Part shown: positions 46,838 to 56,767 of the stretch, piece after piece
Layout: each line of letters begins with the position of its first letter
Position numbering within the stretch: the stretch's first letter is position 1
Source of the DNA: Defluviitaleaceae bacterium
Lineage (GTDB): Bacteria; Bacillota; Clostridia; Lachnospirales; WRAX01
Length of the DNA: 64,000 bases
Reading direction: 5' to 3'
Assembly (NCBI GenBank): GCA_009780415.1
Contig: WRAC01000002.1
Span: forward strand, 8,895-72,894
Program-made: the position numbers and the translations under genes
The notes under the pieces: model-generated
What the model saw: only the letters and a program-made list of their open reading frames with translations
What the model was told of the DNA's origin: nothing
The model's database searches: none

Positions 46838-49800
46838 TTATGAAAATGCCCCCCTCATGTTACGGATTCTTAACGATTGCGTCCTGTCTACCATATCCGC
46901 GACGACACGGGGTTCGCCCGACGTGTCGTTAATGTTGAACGTGGATTTTTGGTCGTAGGCATAGGAACGGTTATCGTAGGAAATATTGTTGTTTGACGTG
47001 GTGTATGACGCTTGGGTAGCTTGCCCCATTTGCCCCATTACCCTGTTCGCGTTGTCAAGAAACTCACCCATTTTCGCACCCAGTCCGGCGAGGTCTACGC
47101 CGCCGACGGTAGAGGTCGCGGCTTCCGCGCCTTTTCCAAGAATGGCAACGATTTGGGCGATTGAACCGCTGATGTTTTGCAATATCGCGCTGACTTTCTC
47201 AATGCTCGCGCCGCCGTCCTGTTTCTTAAATTGGTCGGAAACTTTATTAATCCATTCGGTATTCTTTTCAAGGGGTACGACAGCTTCCGCGCCCGTACCT
47301 TCCAAAAGTCCTACCTGCCCCTTGCGAAGAACGCCGCCCTTTGCCAGTTCCGGGATTTGCGGCGTATTGATAATAGGCATCCAGTCAAACGGTTTAAGAC
47401 CAAATATGCTAATGTCTTTGATTTTTTGTAATGCCGCATTAATTCCGTCAAAGGGGAGAGTGATAACGGTATTGATTCCGCGAATAATGCCATTTACAAT
47501 ATTCTTAAAGGCTTCCAGTATTCCGTTCCCTATTCCGCTGAATATTTCGCCACCCTTTGAAAATACGTCCTTGACACCCTGCCATGCGCCGGAAAATATA
47601 CCTATGAACCAGTCTGCGATTCCAATAAACGGGGCTTTTATACTGTCCCATATCCCGGCAAAGTAATCACCGACCGCGTTCCAAATGCCCTTGATACCCT
47701 CCCATGCGTTTTTGAAAATATCTTGAATTGTGTTCTCGCCGCTAAACGCGCCGATTATGCTATCCCATATACCAGAGAAAAAATCACCGACAGCGGAGAA
47801 TATGCCTTTGATACCCTCCCATGCCGCGCCGAATAATCCCTCGAACCACCCGGCGACATCGGGAAACATTCCCTTGATTTTGTCCCAAATACCGCCAAAG
47901 AACTCGCCAACAGCCGCGAAAGCGGTTTTTATGCCCTCCCAAGCACCAGAGAACAGCCCGGAGAACCATTCTGCCACGCCCGAAAACGCGCTCATTATAC
48001 TGTTCCAAATGCCTACGAAGTAGTCCCCGACCGCGTTCCAAATGCCGACTATTCCGTCCCAAGCAGTAGAAAATATATCACCTATCGTGTTTTCGCCGGA
48101 GAACGCTCCTATGATACTGTTCCAAACGCCAGTAAAGAACTCGCCAACGGCGGCGAAAATGCCCTTAATGCCCTCCCACGCACCGCTGAACAAGTCCTCA
48201 AACCATTCGGCTACGTTGGGGAACTTCTCTTTTATCCCCTGCCAAACGCCGCCGAAAAACTCTCCGACGGCGGCAAACGCGCCCGTGATTCCGTCCCATG
48301 CGCCAGTAAACAAACCCGTAAACCATTCCGCAACGCCAGAAAACAATTCGGATATTTTATCCCATATCCGGGTAAAAAACGCGGCGGCGGTCGCCTATGC
48401 GCCGGAGATACCCTCCCACGCTCCGCTGAACTTTTCGGAGAACCATGTCGCTACACCCGTAAACGCGGCTGATATGCTTTCCCATATTCCAGAGAAGTAC
48501 GCGCCAACCGCGTCCCAGATACCTTTAATGCCCTCCCATGCGGTTATAAAGATGTCTTGGATTGTATTTTCGCCCTTGAAAGCACCGATAATGCTGTCCC
48601 ATATACCCTTGAAAAAATCTCCGACGGCGGCGAAAACTCCCTTGATACCATTCCATGCTGATGTAAAAGTATCTTCAAACCACCCGGCGACGTTTGGGAA
48701 TTTTTCTTTTATGCCGTCCCAGATACCTCCGAAAAATTCACCGACTGCCGAGAACGCGCCTTTTATGCCGTCCCAAGCCTTAGAAAAAATGTCGGTAAAC
48801 CATGTGCCGACGGTTGAGAATATATTTTTTATGCCCTCCCAAACATCGGAAAAGAAGCCCGGTATCGCTTCCCATATGCCCTTGACCCAATCGACGAATT
48901 TAGATATGGCTTTCTTTATGTTCTCCCACACATTTATGAAGAAATTTCGGAAGCCCTCGCTATTGTTCCATAGCAGAATGAATCCGGCGACAAGCGCGGC
49001 GATAAGCCCTATGATAATGCCGATAGGGTTTGCGTTCATAGCCGCGTTAAGAAGCCATTGCGCGGTGGTGAGAGCCGTCTTGACGGCTTTTACAGCCGTT
49101 ATAGCCGTTTTGTACGCGATTATTGCGCCGACTAATGCAAATACAACCTCTTTCGCGCCCTTTAACTGAATGAACCATGTGACTGCGTTGGCAACTTTGG
49201 TCGCAACATCAGCCAATAGCCCTATCGCGCCGGGTAATGCGTCGCTGATAAGCCAAGTTAAAAAAGGCGATAAGATGTCCGCTCCGTCCATAAAGCCGCC
49301 AAACAGCGTTGACAAAACAGTACCGATTGCGGCAAATATGCTTTTAATCGCGCCGCCTACTTTTTCAAAGGTGGCTTTGAAGTTGTCAATCGCACCACTT
49401 TCTTGGAGCGTGTTCCAAAAGTTGCGTACCCATGATATGACGCGCAAGATACTAAGCCTTATAGCGTCCATTGCTCTCTCGAATCCCTGTTTAAGTTTTT
49501 CGATTACGCCGCCCTGCTTGTTAAGTTCTGTCCATATATCTATAAGCCATTGCCAAAACCCGCCGAGAAGCGCGTCCCCGCCGTCCAAATATGTGAAAAA
49601 ATCCTCCGCAAGCAACATCAGAGCCGAAAATATCATAATAAGTTTACCTACAAACCCGGATTTAATGAAAAATGCTAAAGCCGACAATATTGCCATAACG
49701 CCCTTTACTTCTGTGGGAATCATATCAAACACGCGCTTAATTACGTTAAATATAATCCCCGCGCCGCGTATGATTGTGCCGCCGAGTTGTACCAACCATG

Positions 49801-50407
49801 CAAGGGCTTTCGCAATGTTCGATGTCCAGTTAGGTATATTTTTTTTCAGCGTTTCGTTGAATCCGTTAAACAGCTTCCTTAAATTCTCCATAGGAGTTTG
49901 GACGTATTTAAGAAAATGATAGCCTACCCATTGCAAGGCGTTCGACGCTGTTTGTTTTATCTCCTTGAAAGCTGTCGCCATTTCGCGGAACGGTTCGAGT
50001 GCTTCCGACATATCGGGCATTTTGAGTGTTTCCGCGTTCCTCTTTAACTGCTCAAATTCTTTCAACAATCGCGGGTCGAGCGCAATTTCCTCCATGCTCT
50101 TACCCATAATGTCGAGCGCGGATTTTACTTTGTACGCTTCCTCACGCGGCAGACCCATGTTTCGGGCAAATCTCGTTAATTCGTCGTCCGCTCTTGAAAG
50201 GTTGCTCGTAAATTTCAAAAGCCCTGCGGCGGCTACGGACACGAAGCCCGTAACCGCCAGTCCCGCTTTGGCGAAATCCTTGACAAAAGAGTTAGCCAGT
50301 TTGTTTGTTTTTCTTTCTGCGTCCTTTGTGGCTTTTTCGAGTTGCTTTGTCATGTTGTCTTTCAAGCCAAGAGCAACTAAAAATTCATTCAATACCAAGA
50401 ATCTCAC
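46838..50407 (-). pseudogene. Phage tail tape-measure gene interrupted by one in-frame TAG
   Basis: Two track ORFs (48395-50407 and 46838-48346) are in the same frame and separated only by a TAG at 48395-48397. Together they make 1190 codons. Features: TM-rich centre, reiterated W/F-periodic units ([26 protein letters not shown]), and position after a tail-chaperone gene. Confidence 0.75.
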
Positions 50408-50425
50408 CTCGCTTCCGATTAGGCT

Positions 50426-50935
50426 TTATTCGCGTTCCGTATATGGTTGTGTGCGCGGAAAGGAAGAAGATAGGGGCGACATAATTGAAGTCAAGCGTTT
50501 TCCATCGAAAAAATCGCCGATACTCCACATAATTACCTCGCAGAGCAAGCGCAGGACGAGCAACGGGTCGTGTTCCACGTCCAGTACGCCGTATGTCCCG
50601 TCCGGGTTAAGGACGCGGGCTTCACCCGCAGGGAGCAGTTCAAAGGCGTTCTGTAAAGACTTCTGCATGATGTAATCGAAGTCTGCGGGTGCTACCTTGT
50701 CGAGCGTTTCCGCTATGGTGTCGAGCGAGAGGTAGTCCCCCAAGTTCGACAATACCGCTTCCGCGTGTACCCCGCTTTTTTGCGCTTCCGCGACAAGCGG
50801 CATAAAGTTCTGAAATACGGGTAGGATTTTCGCAATAAAAACCTTTACGACTTTCAGCCCGTCCATTGCCGGGTATTTTTTGACGATAAAGTTGCGTTCC
50901 TCGATTGTGATTGTTTTAGAGATTGTCCGTGCCAT
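50426..50935 (-). CDS. Phage tail assembly chaperone-like protein
   Basis: 169-aa acidic protein immediately upstream of the tape-measure gene. Called mainly from position. Confidence 0.5.
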   Translation of the reverse strand: MARTISKTITIEERNFIVKKYPAMDGLKVVKVFIAKILPVFQNFMPLVAEAQKSGVHAEAVLSNLGDYLSLDTIAETLDKVAPADFDYIMQKSLQNAFELLPAGEARVLNPDGTYGVLDVEHDPLLVLRLLCEVIMWSIGDFFDGKRLTSIMSPLSSSFPRTQPYTERE

Positions 50936-51054
50936 AATAAAATCCCTCTTTTCTTATTTTTGTGGTTTGGCATTTATAGCCAACGATTTTTACTGCCCTG
51001 TTGGGTGTTTTCTGCGGTCATAAGCTCGCCTGTACTAACTTTATTATTATGTAA

Positions 51055-51343
51055 CTATGGTACACCTCCTTTTTGATGTTCGTCGTCCGGCACAGGGTAG
51101 TTTTTCGAGCGTAGATATATAAATAAATCCGCTTGCCGCTCAACCTCCGTTATTTCTTCATCGGTGAATCTAAAATACCTATATGGTGACATTTGCAAAG
51201 CAACACTTAACTTTGACGCAATCACTAATTCGTCTAAGGTCGCAAGAGTAAGGTCGTTTTTTCTTTGCAAATGTGGGTTCGAGCTTATCCGTTACTTTGT
51301 CTATACGGTTATTCATTTCTTTTTTACTTAACGGTTTACCCAT
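51055..51343 (-). pseudogene. Small phage ORF apparently frameshifted at a homopolymer
   Basis: ATG 51343 (RBS AAGGGTG) reads MGKPLSKKEMNNRIDKVTDKLEPTFAKKK. The reading then continues in another frame as the track ORF 51055-51270. The switch coincides with the A6/T6 run at 51256-51261. Confidence 0.4.
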
Positions 51344-51357
51344 TTTGTACACCCTTG

Positions 51358-51969
51358 TTATGTAATTAATGATTTCAACCAGTTGCGTGAATTATAGCGA
51401 CGGGTCGCAAGCCACACACCCATTGCCGCCGACAGTACAATATCGTCGTGTACCCCCTCGCGCCACGCTTCGTACTGGTCGTGACCGTTGAGATTTATTT
51501 TCACCTTGAAATTAGTTAGCTCCTTAACAAGTGTGTCCGCTCCCTCTAAATCCCGCGCAATTTTTAACTGTTCGTTTTGGAAAGCTACTTGCAGGGCAGA
51601 TATTAAATCCCGCTTCGGTACGCGGTATATTTTGCCGTCCTCCGTGACTTCGTTCCCGCCCGTTATTAAAACCCCTCGCAGATTCGCCCATGTTCCACGA
51701 AAATTTTGTTTCAATAAATCCCACACAGGACGACCGACACCAGTAATATCAATGGCAACGGTTTTGTGTTGTTGCTTAATTTGCGGGCTTTCTGCAATCT
51801 CTTTTAAGCGGTCAACAATTTTGGGGTACGGTGTGCCGCGCTCCGGGCGTTCGATACGCCGTAAATGATATTCCGCTCCCTTTTCATCTGTAAGAAAACT
51901 TTCAATAATGGTTATCGCGGTAAAATCGCTTATTTGCGCCAAGTCTGCTGATATAAAATATTCTCCCAT
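51358..51969 (-). CDS. Terminase large subunit, C-terminal nuclease-domain ORF
   Basis: MGEYFISADLAQISDFTAITIIE.. (RNaseH-like nuclease start with an acidic residue) ... HDDIVLSAAMG. It has its own AGGAGGGG RBS 7 nt upstream. Confidence 0.65.
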   Translation of the reverse strand: MGEYFISADLAQISDFTAITIIESFLTDEKGAEYHLRRIERPERGTPYPKIVDRLKEIAESPQIKQQHKTVAIDITGVGRPVWDLLKQNFRGTWANLRGVLITGGNEVTEDGKIYRVPKRDLISALQVAFQNEQLKIARDLEGADTLVKELTNFKVKINLNGHDQYEAWREGVHDDIVLSAAMGVWLATRRYNSRNWLKSLIT

Positions 51970-51980
51970 GTATACCCCTC

Positions 51981-52727
51981 CTATAAAATCAATGGCTTTA
52001 CATTATCGTCAAATGCCGCCTGCACCATGTCATAATTAAATACCGTGTCAACCGTTTCGACAAACTCACAACAAAACTCTTGACGAAAAAACATACTGCC
52101 TAAGCTCTGGCGTTGCCGTTCCAGTTCTTCCGGCGATATGCGCGGGCATTTTGTAGCGGGTATTTCTACCCTGTGCCAGTCCTCGCCGCCGTCCTGCCAC
52201 TCTTGAAAGAAGTGTCCACGCTTGCCGTAGGGCGTTGTCATGGCTATAAACGTCCCGTTATTTATTATCAACATAGGCATTACGGCTTTGTAAAATTCGT
52301 CGTCCACCTGCGCCGATTCGTCCTCTAAAATCAGATTAACGCCGGAAAAACCCCTAACCGTCGCTTGATTGCTCGGCAACGATATTATGCGGCTTCCGTT
52401 CTCTAACACCATTGACAGGCGGTTATCTTCGAGTAACGCGGGGCGCGTGTCCATACACTCATAACCCTCTTTGACCTTGCGGAAAAGTTCCTGCGACTGC
52501 CGCAACGACGGCGAAACAAGCAGTATCAAAGACTTTGGGCGGTATATGCCTGTGTGCAATGCTTTTGTCGCGGTCGTGGTGCTTTTGCCCGACTGCCGCG
52601 AACAGTTAAGTAATAACCGCTTGCCCTCATACCGCAAAACCTCCGCTTGCCATTCGTCCGGCTCTATGCCTATGTAGCGGGAAAACTCTACCGGGTCAAG
52701 GGCGCGGATTAAATCTTGATGTATCAC
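51981..52727 (-). CDS. Terminase large subunit, N-terminal ATPase-domain ORF
   Basis: Walker A NCSRQSGKST and Walker B LILEDESA. It ends with a TAG at 51981-51983. The nuclease ORF follows 11 nt later in a different frame. Confidence 0.7.
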   Translation of the reverse strand: MIHQDLIRALDPVEFSRYIGIEPDEWQAEVLRYEGKRLLLNCSRQSGKSTTTATKALHTGIYRPKSLILLVSPSLRQSQELFRKVKEGYECMDTRPALLEDNRLSMVLENGSRIISLPSNQATVRGFSGVNLILEDESAQVDDEFYKAVMPMLIINNGTFIAMTTPYGKRGHFFQEWQDGGEDWHRVEIPATKCPRISPEELERQRQSLGSMFFRQEFCCEFVETVDTVFNYDMVQAAFDDNVKPLIL

Positions 52728-53198
52728 GTTTCAACCCTCCCCACCGCTTCAATGACAGCCCGCCGCGCTTCCGGGTACGGTTCAAGGGCGGCAAGTATCA
52801 CGTTACGTAGGTTCACCCACTCCGGCGCGATAATTATGTTGTTGACCGTTTGCGATTGGAGTTCTCCTGTAATTTTGGCGTAAAGTTCCGTTATCCCTCT
52901 AAGCTCCCGTATAGCGGCAATAGCGGCGTTGAGGTTGTCGGCTTTTAATGCTTTTGAGTAAATATCCTCCGCTTTGGCGTTCAAGGCAGAAACACGTCCC
53001 ATAAGACTATCAGCGGCGGCGATTTTTTGCGCGTCCTGCGCTTTGGAGAGTTGCGACGGTATATGCTTCTTGTGGCGTTGCAAGGACGATATTGTAAGCC
53101 CGTGCGCCTTTGCTAATCGGTCGCGGGACACCCTCTAAAAGCTGTTCGTTAATCGCGTTCGCTTCCGCATGAGCGCACACGGTACATTGTTTAGCCAT
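52724..53198 (-). pseudogene. Terminase small subunit-like gene with a frameshift
   Basis: ATG 53198 gives MAKQCTVCAHAEANAINEQLLEGV. The expected continuation SRDRLAKAHGLTISSLQRHKKHI... lies in another frame (track ORF 52724-53131). The switch is near 53125-53135. Confidence 0.55.
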
Positions 53199-53417
53199 AA
53201 AACCGCCCCCCTTTCTGCTCCGGTAAATTTGCCGTTATTTTTCGATTGAAACGAAAAACGCTTTTCCCGCACCGCTTGCGGCGGTGTCCCTGCGGGTTAT
53301 TACTGGTCGGGATTTAACGAAACCCCACATATCGCCGCCGCGTCTGCGACGGAGTCCGAAACACCGCGCCGTGTCTCCCAAGTTCCCGCATACATTCATA
53401 TAGCAGACGGCTTTCGG

Positions 53418-53615
53418 TCATGCGTGTACCCCCTCGCGTTTCATTTGGTTAATCGCTCGGTTTATGATGAAATCGTTGGCTTCCTCAAAAAAAAGCATAT
53501 CGTAACCACCATCGGCGGCTATACCCCAATCTTTGGGGTTTGTTGTAATTCTAAGCAAGGTTTTTTCATGGATTTGATTGAGTTCGGCAGGCGTTATTGT
53601 CCCGGTATTGTTCAT
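53418..53615 (-). CDS. Hypothetical phage protein
   Basis: 65-aa ORF in the early operon. Confidence 0.4.
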   Translation of the reverse strand: MNNTGTITPAELNQIHEKTLLRITTNPKDWGIAADGGYDMLFFEEANDFIINRAINQMKREGVHA

Positions 53616-53643
53616 GGTGTTTCCTCCTTATTTCCACTAAGAT

Positions 53644-54492
53644 TTATAAATTTTGCTCTATAACGCTGTTAATACGCCAGTTTTTAGTTCTATCTTTACC
53701 GATTGCAAGCGCATATTTACCCGACCGTTCTAATATGCGGCTTCCCGTCGCTTCGTCGAAATTGATTACTTCGTTTATGGTGAACTCGCTTGATATTAAA
53801 GTCGTGAGCTTAGAATTGTTATACCGAAAGTTAATTATTTCAAACGCGAGCTTAATATCTGCGTCGGTAGGGGACGCGCCTTTTTTAGTTTTAAGGAAAT
53901 CGTCGATATATAACACTTGCGTTTCACGCAAATCCTTGATTGCCGCGTCATAATCTGCGTCGTCGTTTACGAGAGCTTTCAATTTCTTGGATTCCATATC
54001 CCATACCATGTAACGAGCAGGTATACCTTGATTTAACAATTCCCCAACTATCGCAGTACAAAGGTGAGTTTTACCCGCACCGACTTGACCTCCTGCTTAA
54101 AACCATTTACCGATGGATTCAGCCAAAAAAGCCCGCGCTATTTCTTTTATCTTCCGTTGCCAAGCATTAGGGGTTAAATATAAATCAAAGGTATAGCGCG
54201 TCATAAGCTCGCTTAACCCGCTCCGCTCAATTTGACGTAAATTTTTGCGCGTTTCCATGCACGAACAAGTCTGCATAACTTCGTGATTATCTTCGCGTAA
54301 AATTGCAATATAACCCCGATTCAAGCAGAATAAACAGTCATACCCAGTCAAATCCCCGACGGATTTATTTATTGATTCAATGCGACGGCGAGCAAGCTCC
54401 CCGATGTCATAAGGCGTTTGCGGCATAGTTTGCATATTTCGTAACAACTCCGAGAAAGGTGTTAATTTATCCTGCATTGAAAGAACCTCCAT
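53644..54492 (-). pseudogene. DnaC/IstB-like helicase-loader ATPase interrupted by an in-frame TAA
   Basis: The track ORFs 54097-54492 and 53644-54039 are in frame. Read-through gives ..ESIGKWF-TAA(54097-54099)-AGGQVGAGKTHLCTAIVGELL.., so the stop sits just before the Walker A. Walker B is VLYIDDF. Confidence 0.7.
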
Positions 54493-54493
54493 G

Positions 54494-55294
54494 TTAATTT
54501 ATTTCAATACCGTATATCGGCTCGTTTGACGGGGTAGGTTGGTTAAGGCTCGCGGTCGGTGTTATATCGTCGTCCCAACACCCGCCGTTAATCCATGTTG
54601 CGGGGTTCGGGATATATTGCCCATTATCGCGTTGCCATTTATCGCTATGCTTTGCCGCTTCGACCGCTTCGATTATCTTTTTATGAAGCTCTGCCGATGG
54701 TTTCGCCTTTTTCCATGCAGTAAACGCCGTTTTCTTTGCCGTTTTCTTTGGATATATCGCCCAAAACTCGTTAAAGCGTTCTTCGAGAACCGACACCTCC
54801 CGCGCCTGCGGCGCGTCCTCGTCGCCGCTCGCGGCGATAGAGGGGTTGTTCTTTACATTCTTTAATTCTTTATTATTCTTTACATTCTTGATAGTGGTTA
54901 GGTCTTGGTTAGCTGTTGGTTGGCTGTTGGTTAGGCTTTGGTTATCATGTTGGTTAGGTGCATTGTTAAAACCTTGATAAATCCCCCAATTTAGTATGTT
55001 TATGAACAACCCCGTCTTGGTTGATTGGTAGGTTAGAAATTCGTATTTAGTAAATCGGACTAACGCAGTTCTAACATTTTGCCTACTCACACCTGCGGCG
55101 TTTGCAAGGCTCGTTGAACTCGTAATAAATTGACCGGGCTGTATTGCAAACTTTTTCCCTTGCCATTCCCATTCCTTTTCTGTATGGCTTGCCAAAAGTA
55201 ATATCGTTATCAATACAGCTTTTTGCTCCGCTGATGATTTACACCATATCGGCTTTTCTAATAATTCGCGGTAAATCTTGACCCAACCCGTCAT
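54494..55294 (-). CDS. Phage replisome-organizer / DnaD-like replication protein
   Basis: N-terminal GWVKIYRELLEKPIW.. wHTH-type organizer domain. C-terminal FNEFWAIYPKK..AFTAWKKA.. phage-conserved C-terminus. Confidence 0.6.
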   Translation of the reverse strand: MTGWVKIYRELLEKPIWCKSSAEQKAVLITILLLASHTEKEWEWQGKKFAIQPGQFITSSTSLANAAGVSRQNVRTALVRFTKYEFLTYQSTKTGLFINILNWGIYQGFNNAPNQHDNQSLTNSQPTANQDLTTIKNVKNNKELKNVKNNPSIAASGDEDAPQAREVSVLEERFNEFWAIYPKKTAKKTAFTAWKKAKPSAELHKKIIEAVEAAKHSDKWQRDNGQYIPNPATWINGGCWDDDITPTASLNQPTPSNEPIYGIEIN

Positions 55295-55323
55295 GTTATC
55301 ACCTGCCTTTTACACGAGCCGGA

Positions 55324-55467
55324 TTATATATCGCTGTCGCTCGCTCCGTGAACGTAGTCATGGACGGCTTTAAGGGCGATTTTTGCAGACTTGATGCGCG
55401 ATTGTTGTTCCCGAATGAACGGCAAGGCTTCCTCGCTTGAAGTCGGAAGAAGGTCTAATAATTTCAT
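55324..55467 (-). CDS. Small hypothetical ORF (47 aa)
   Basis: ATG 55467 overlaps the upstream stop (ATGA). It fills the gap in the early operon and falls below the track length cutoff. Confidence 0.3.
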   Translation of the reverse strand: MKLLDLLPTSSEEALPFIREQQSRIKSAKIALKAVHDYVHGASDSDI

Positions 55468-55661
55468 GTAAGCTCCCCCCGTAAAAACAATTCAAATTTA
55501 CCTTGATGTATTAAGACTTTCACACCTACACGGATAAAAAAAGGAATTTCTTCTTTAACCCACCGTCTTATCGCCCGTTCCGATATGCCATATTCACGGT
55601 ATTTCGCCGCCGTTTTTGGAATGGTTTTCATATCCGATATATTATTCATTGTTTCCGTCAT
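55464..55661 (-). CDS. Excisionase/MerR-type HTH protein
   Basis: ..KTAAKYREYGISERAIRRWVKEEIPFFIRVGVKVLIHQGKFELFL.. matches the excisionase-family DNA-binding fold. Confidence 0.55.
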   Translation of the reverse strand: MTETMNNISDMKTIPKTAAKYREYGISERAIRRWVKEEIPFFIRVGVKVLIHQGKFELFLRGELT

Positions 55662-55830
55662 GCGGGTTCACCCCCTGTTGCGTGGCTTGCTCCTGTTGCT
55701 CTTGTAAGACTTTCCGTTCCCAATAACGGCGTGTATGCTCGCGGCATTTGTCGCGGTTCTTTGCGTTCCAATATTTCTTGTATTCGCGGCGTTTCTCGGC
55801 GGCTTGTTCGGCTAAACTTTTTTCGTTCAT
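55642..55830 (-). CDS. Small basic protein, first gene of the leftward early operon
   Basis: RBS AAGGAGGG. 62 aa, Lys/Arg/Glu-rich. Confidence 0.4.
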   Translation of the reverse strand: MNEKSLAEQAAEKRREYKKYWNAKNRDKCREHTRRYWERKVLQEQQEQATQQGVNPHDGNNE

Positions 55831-55845
55831 TTTTGGTTTCCCTCC

Positions 55846-55940
55846 TTGACATAATTCTTTTCCTATGATAGAATAAGAATTAGAACATATTCCGAGTTAG
55901 GTTCTAAATAAATTCTATCATATCTATTTCTTGTCGTCAA
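55846..55940. promoter_or_regulatory. Lysis/lysogeny switch: two face-to-face promoters within a nested palindrome
   Basis: Plus strand: TTGACA (55846-55851), 17 nt, TAGAAT (55869-55874). Minus strand: TTGACG (55940-55935), 17 nt, TAGAAT (55917-55912). Outer inverted repeat tatgatagaat/attctatcata (55864-55874 and 55912-55922) contains both -10 boxes. Inner inverted repeat ttagaac/gttctaa (55880-55886 and 55901-55907). An extra half-site attctat is at 55967-55973. Confidence 0.6.
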
Positions 55941-56005
55941 TAGAAAAAGAACATCACATGGAATATATTCTATTGCAGGTGCATAATAAAACGGAGGTGC
56001 ATAAA

Positions 56006-56767
56006 ATGTACGATAAAGAATTAGCAGAAATAGGAAAACGCATTGAAACATTACGCAAGGGTAAGGGTTGGACACAAGAAATACTCGCGGATAAACTCAA
56101 CATCGCCCGCAACACACTTACTAAGTTAGAGGGCGGTTTTCGGGATTTCAAGAGTACAGAGCTATTAAACATCGCAAAAGTGCTTGATGTGTCAACAGAT
56201 TATTTACTCGGCTTAACGGAAATGAGCCGTGCAGACGCTACGGCGCGTGATGTAAGCGAGCGTTACGGGCTATTTGAAACACCTCTAAACGAATTATCGA
56301 ATATGCCCACATCGGAGAAGCCATTCGGAGCAGAACACGCGCAAGCAATGAGCAGGCAAGCCGAAACAATGGCATACCGCGCAATATTTAACTTACTTTT
56401 GAGTAGTGAACATGGTAAAAAAGCTCTCAAACTTCTTACGAGTTATTACTTCGCAAACCTCGACGACAGAAGCAAAGAGAGCATACCCGCCTTTATTCTT
56501 CCGTGGGATTTACCGGACGGCGGGACATGGTTAGATACCGCTATGGTAGCAGACGATTTACAACGTGAAGTGTTGTTAATCCTTGCTAACGACGAATTAA
56601 GGGCTTTAAGACTTGAACTCGCCGGGATAGATACGACTTACCCGCAAAAATACAGCTATGCAAAACCACCAAGCACAGAAACGGTTATTAAAGCGCAAGC
56701 CGCTTATGACGCACGAAACCCGCACATAAAAAAAGGGGGGGCAGACGATGGCAAAGAAAACAAATAA
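56006..56767 (+). CDS. XRE-family HTH repressor (cI/ImmR-like) with an unassigned C-terminal domain
   Basis: ATG 56006 follows ACGGAGG. HTH is GWTQEILADKLNIARNTLTKLEGG. The track start is 55931. Confidence 0.75.
   Translation: MYDKELAEIGKRIETLRKGKGWTQEILADKLNIARNTLTKLEGGFRDFKSTELLNIAKVLDVSTDYLLGLTEMSRADATARDVSERYGLFETPLNELSNMPTSEKPFGAEHAQAMSRQAETMAYRAIFNLLLSSEHGKKALKLLTSYYFANLDDRSKESIPAFILPWDLPDGGTWLDTAMVADDLQREVLLILANDELRALRLELAGIDTTYPQKYSYAKPPSTETVIKAQAAYDARNPHIKKGGADDGKENK

Noticed and set aside
39057-48397. In-frame TAG codons (39057-39059 and 48395-48397) as evidence for amber recoding or pyrrolysine, given the nearby URO-D/MtaA-like genes
   Set aside because: There are only two such TAGs. 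The same island also has an in-frame TAA and several frameshifts, and TAG is used as a normal stop (for example the terL N-terminal ORF). The URO-D-family genes have no internal TAG, and no pyl genes or methylamine methyltransferases are present. Decay or sequencing error is more parsimonious.
53199-53417. A 220-bp gap upstream of terS, considered as a possible HNH endonuclease gene, cos/pac site or structured RNA
   Set aside because: There is only a 35-codon ORF (ATG overlapping the upstream stop). I saw no HNH motif and no convincing conserved hairpin, so the evidence is insufficient.
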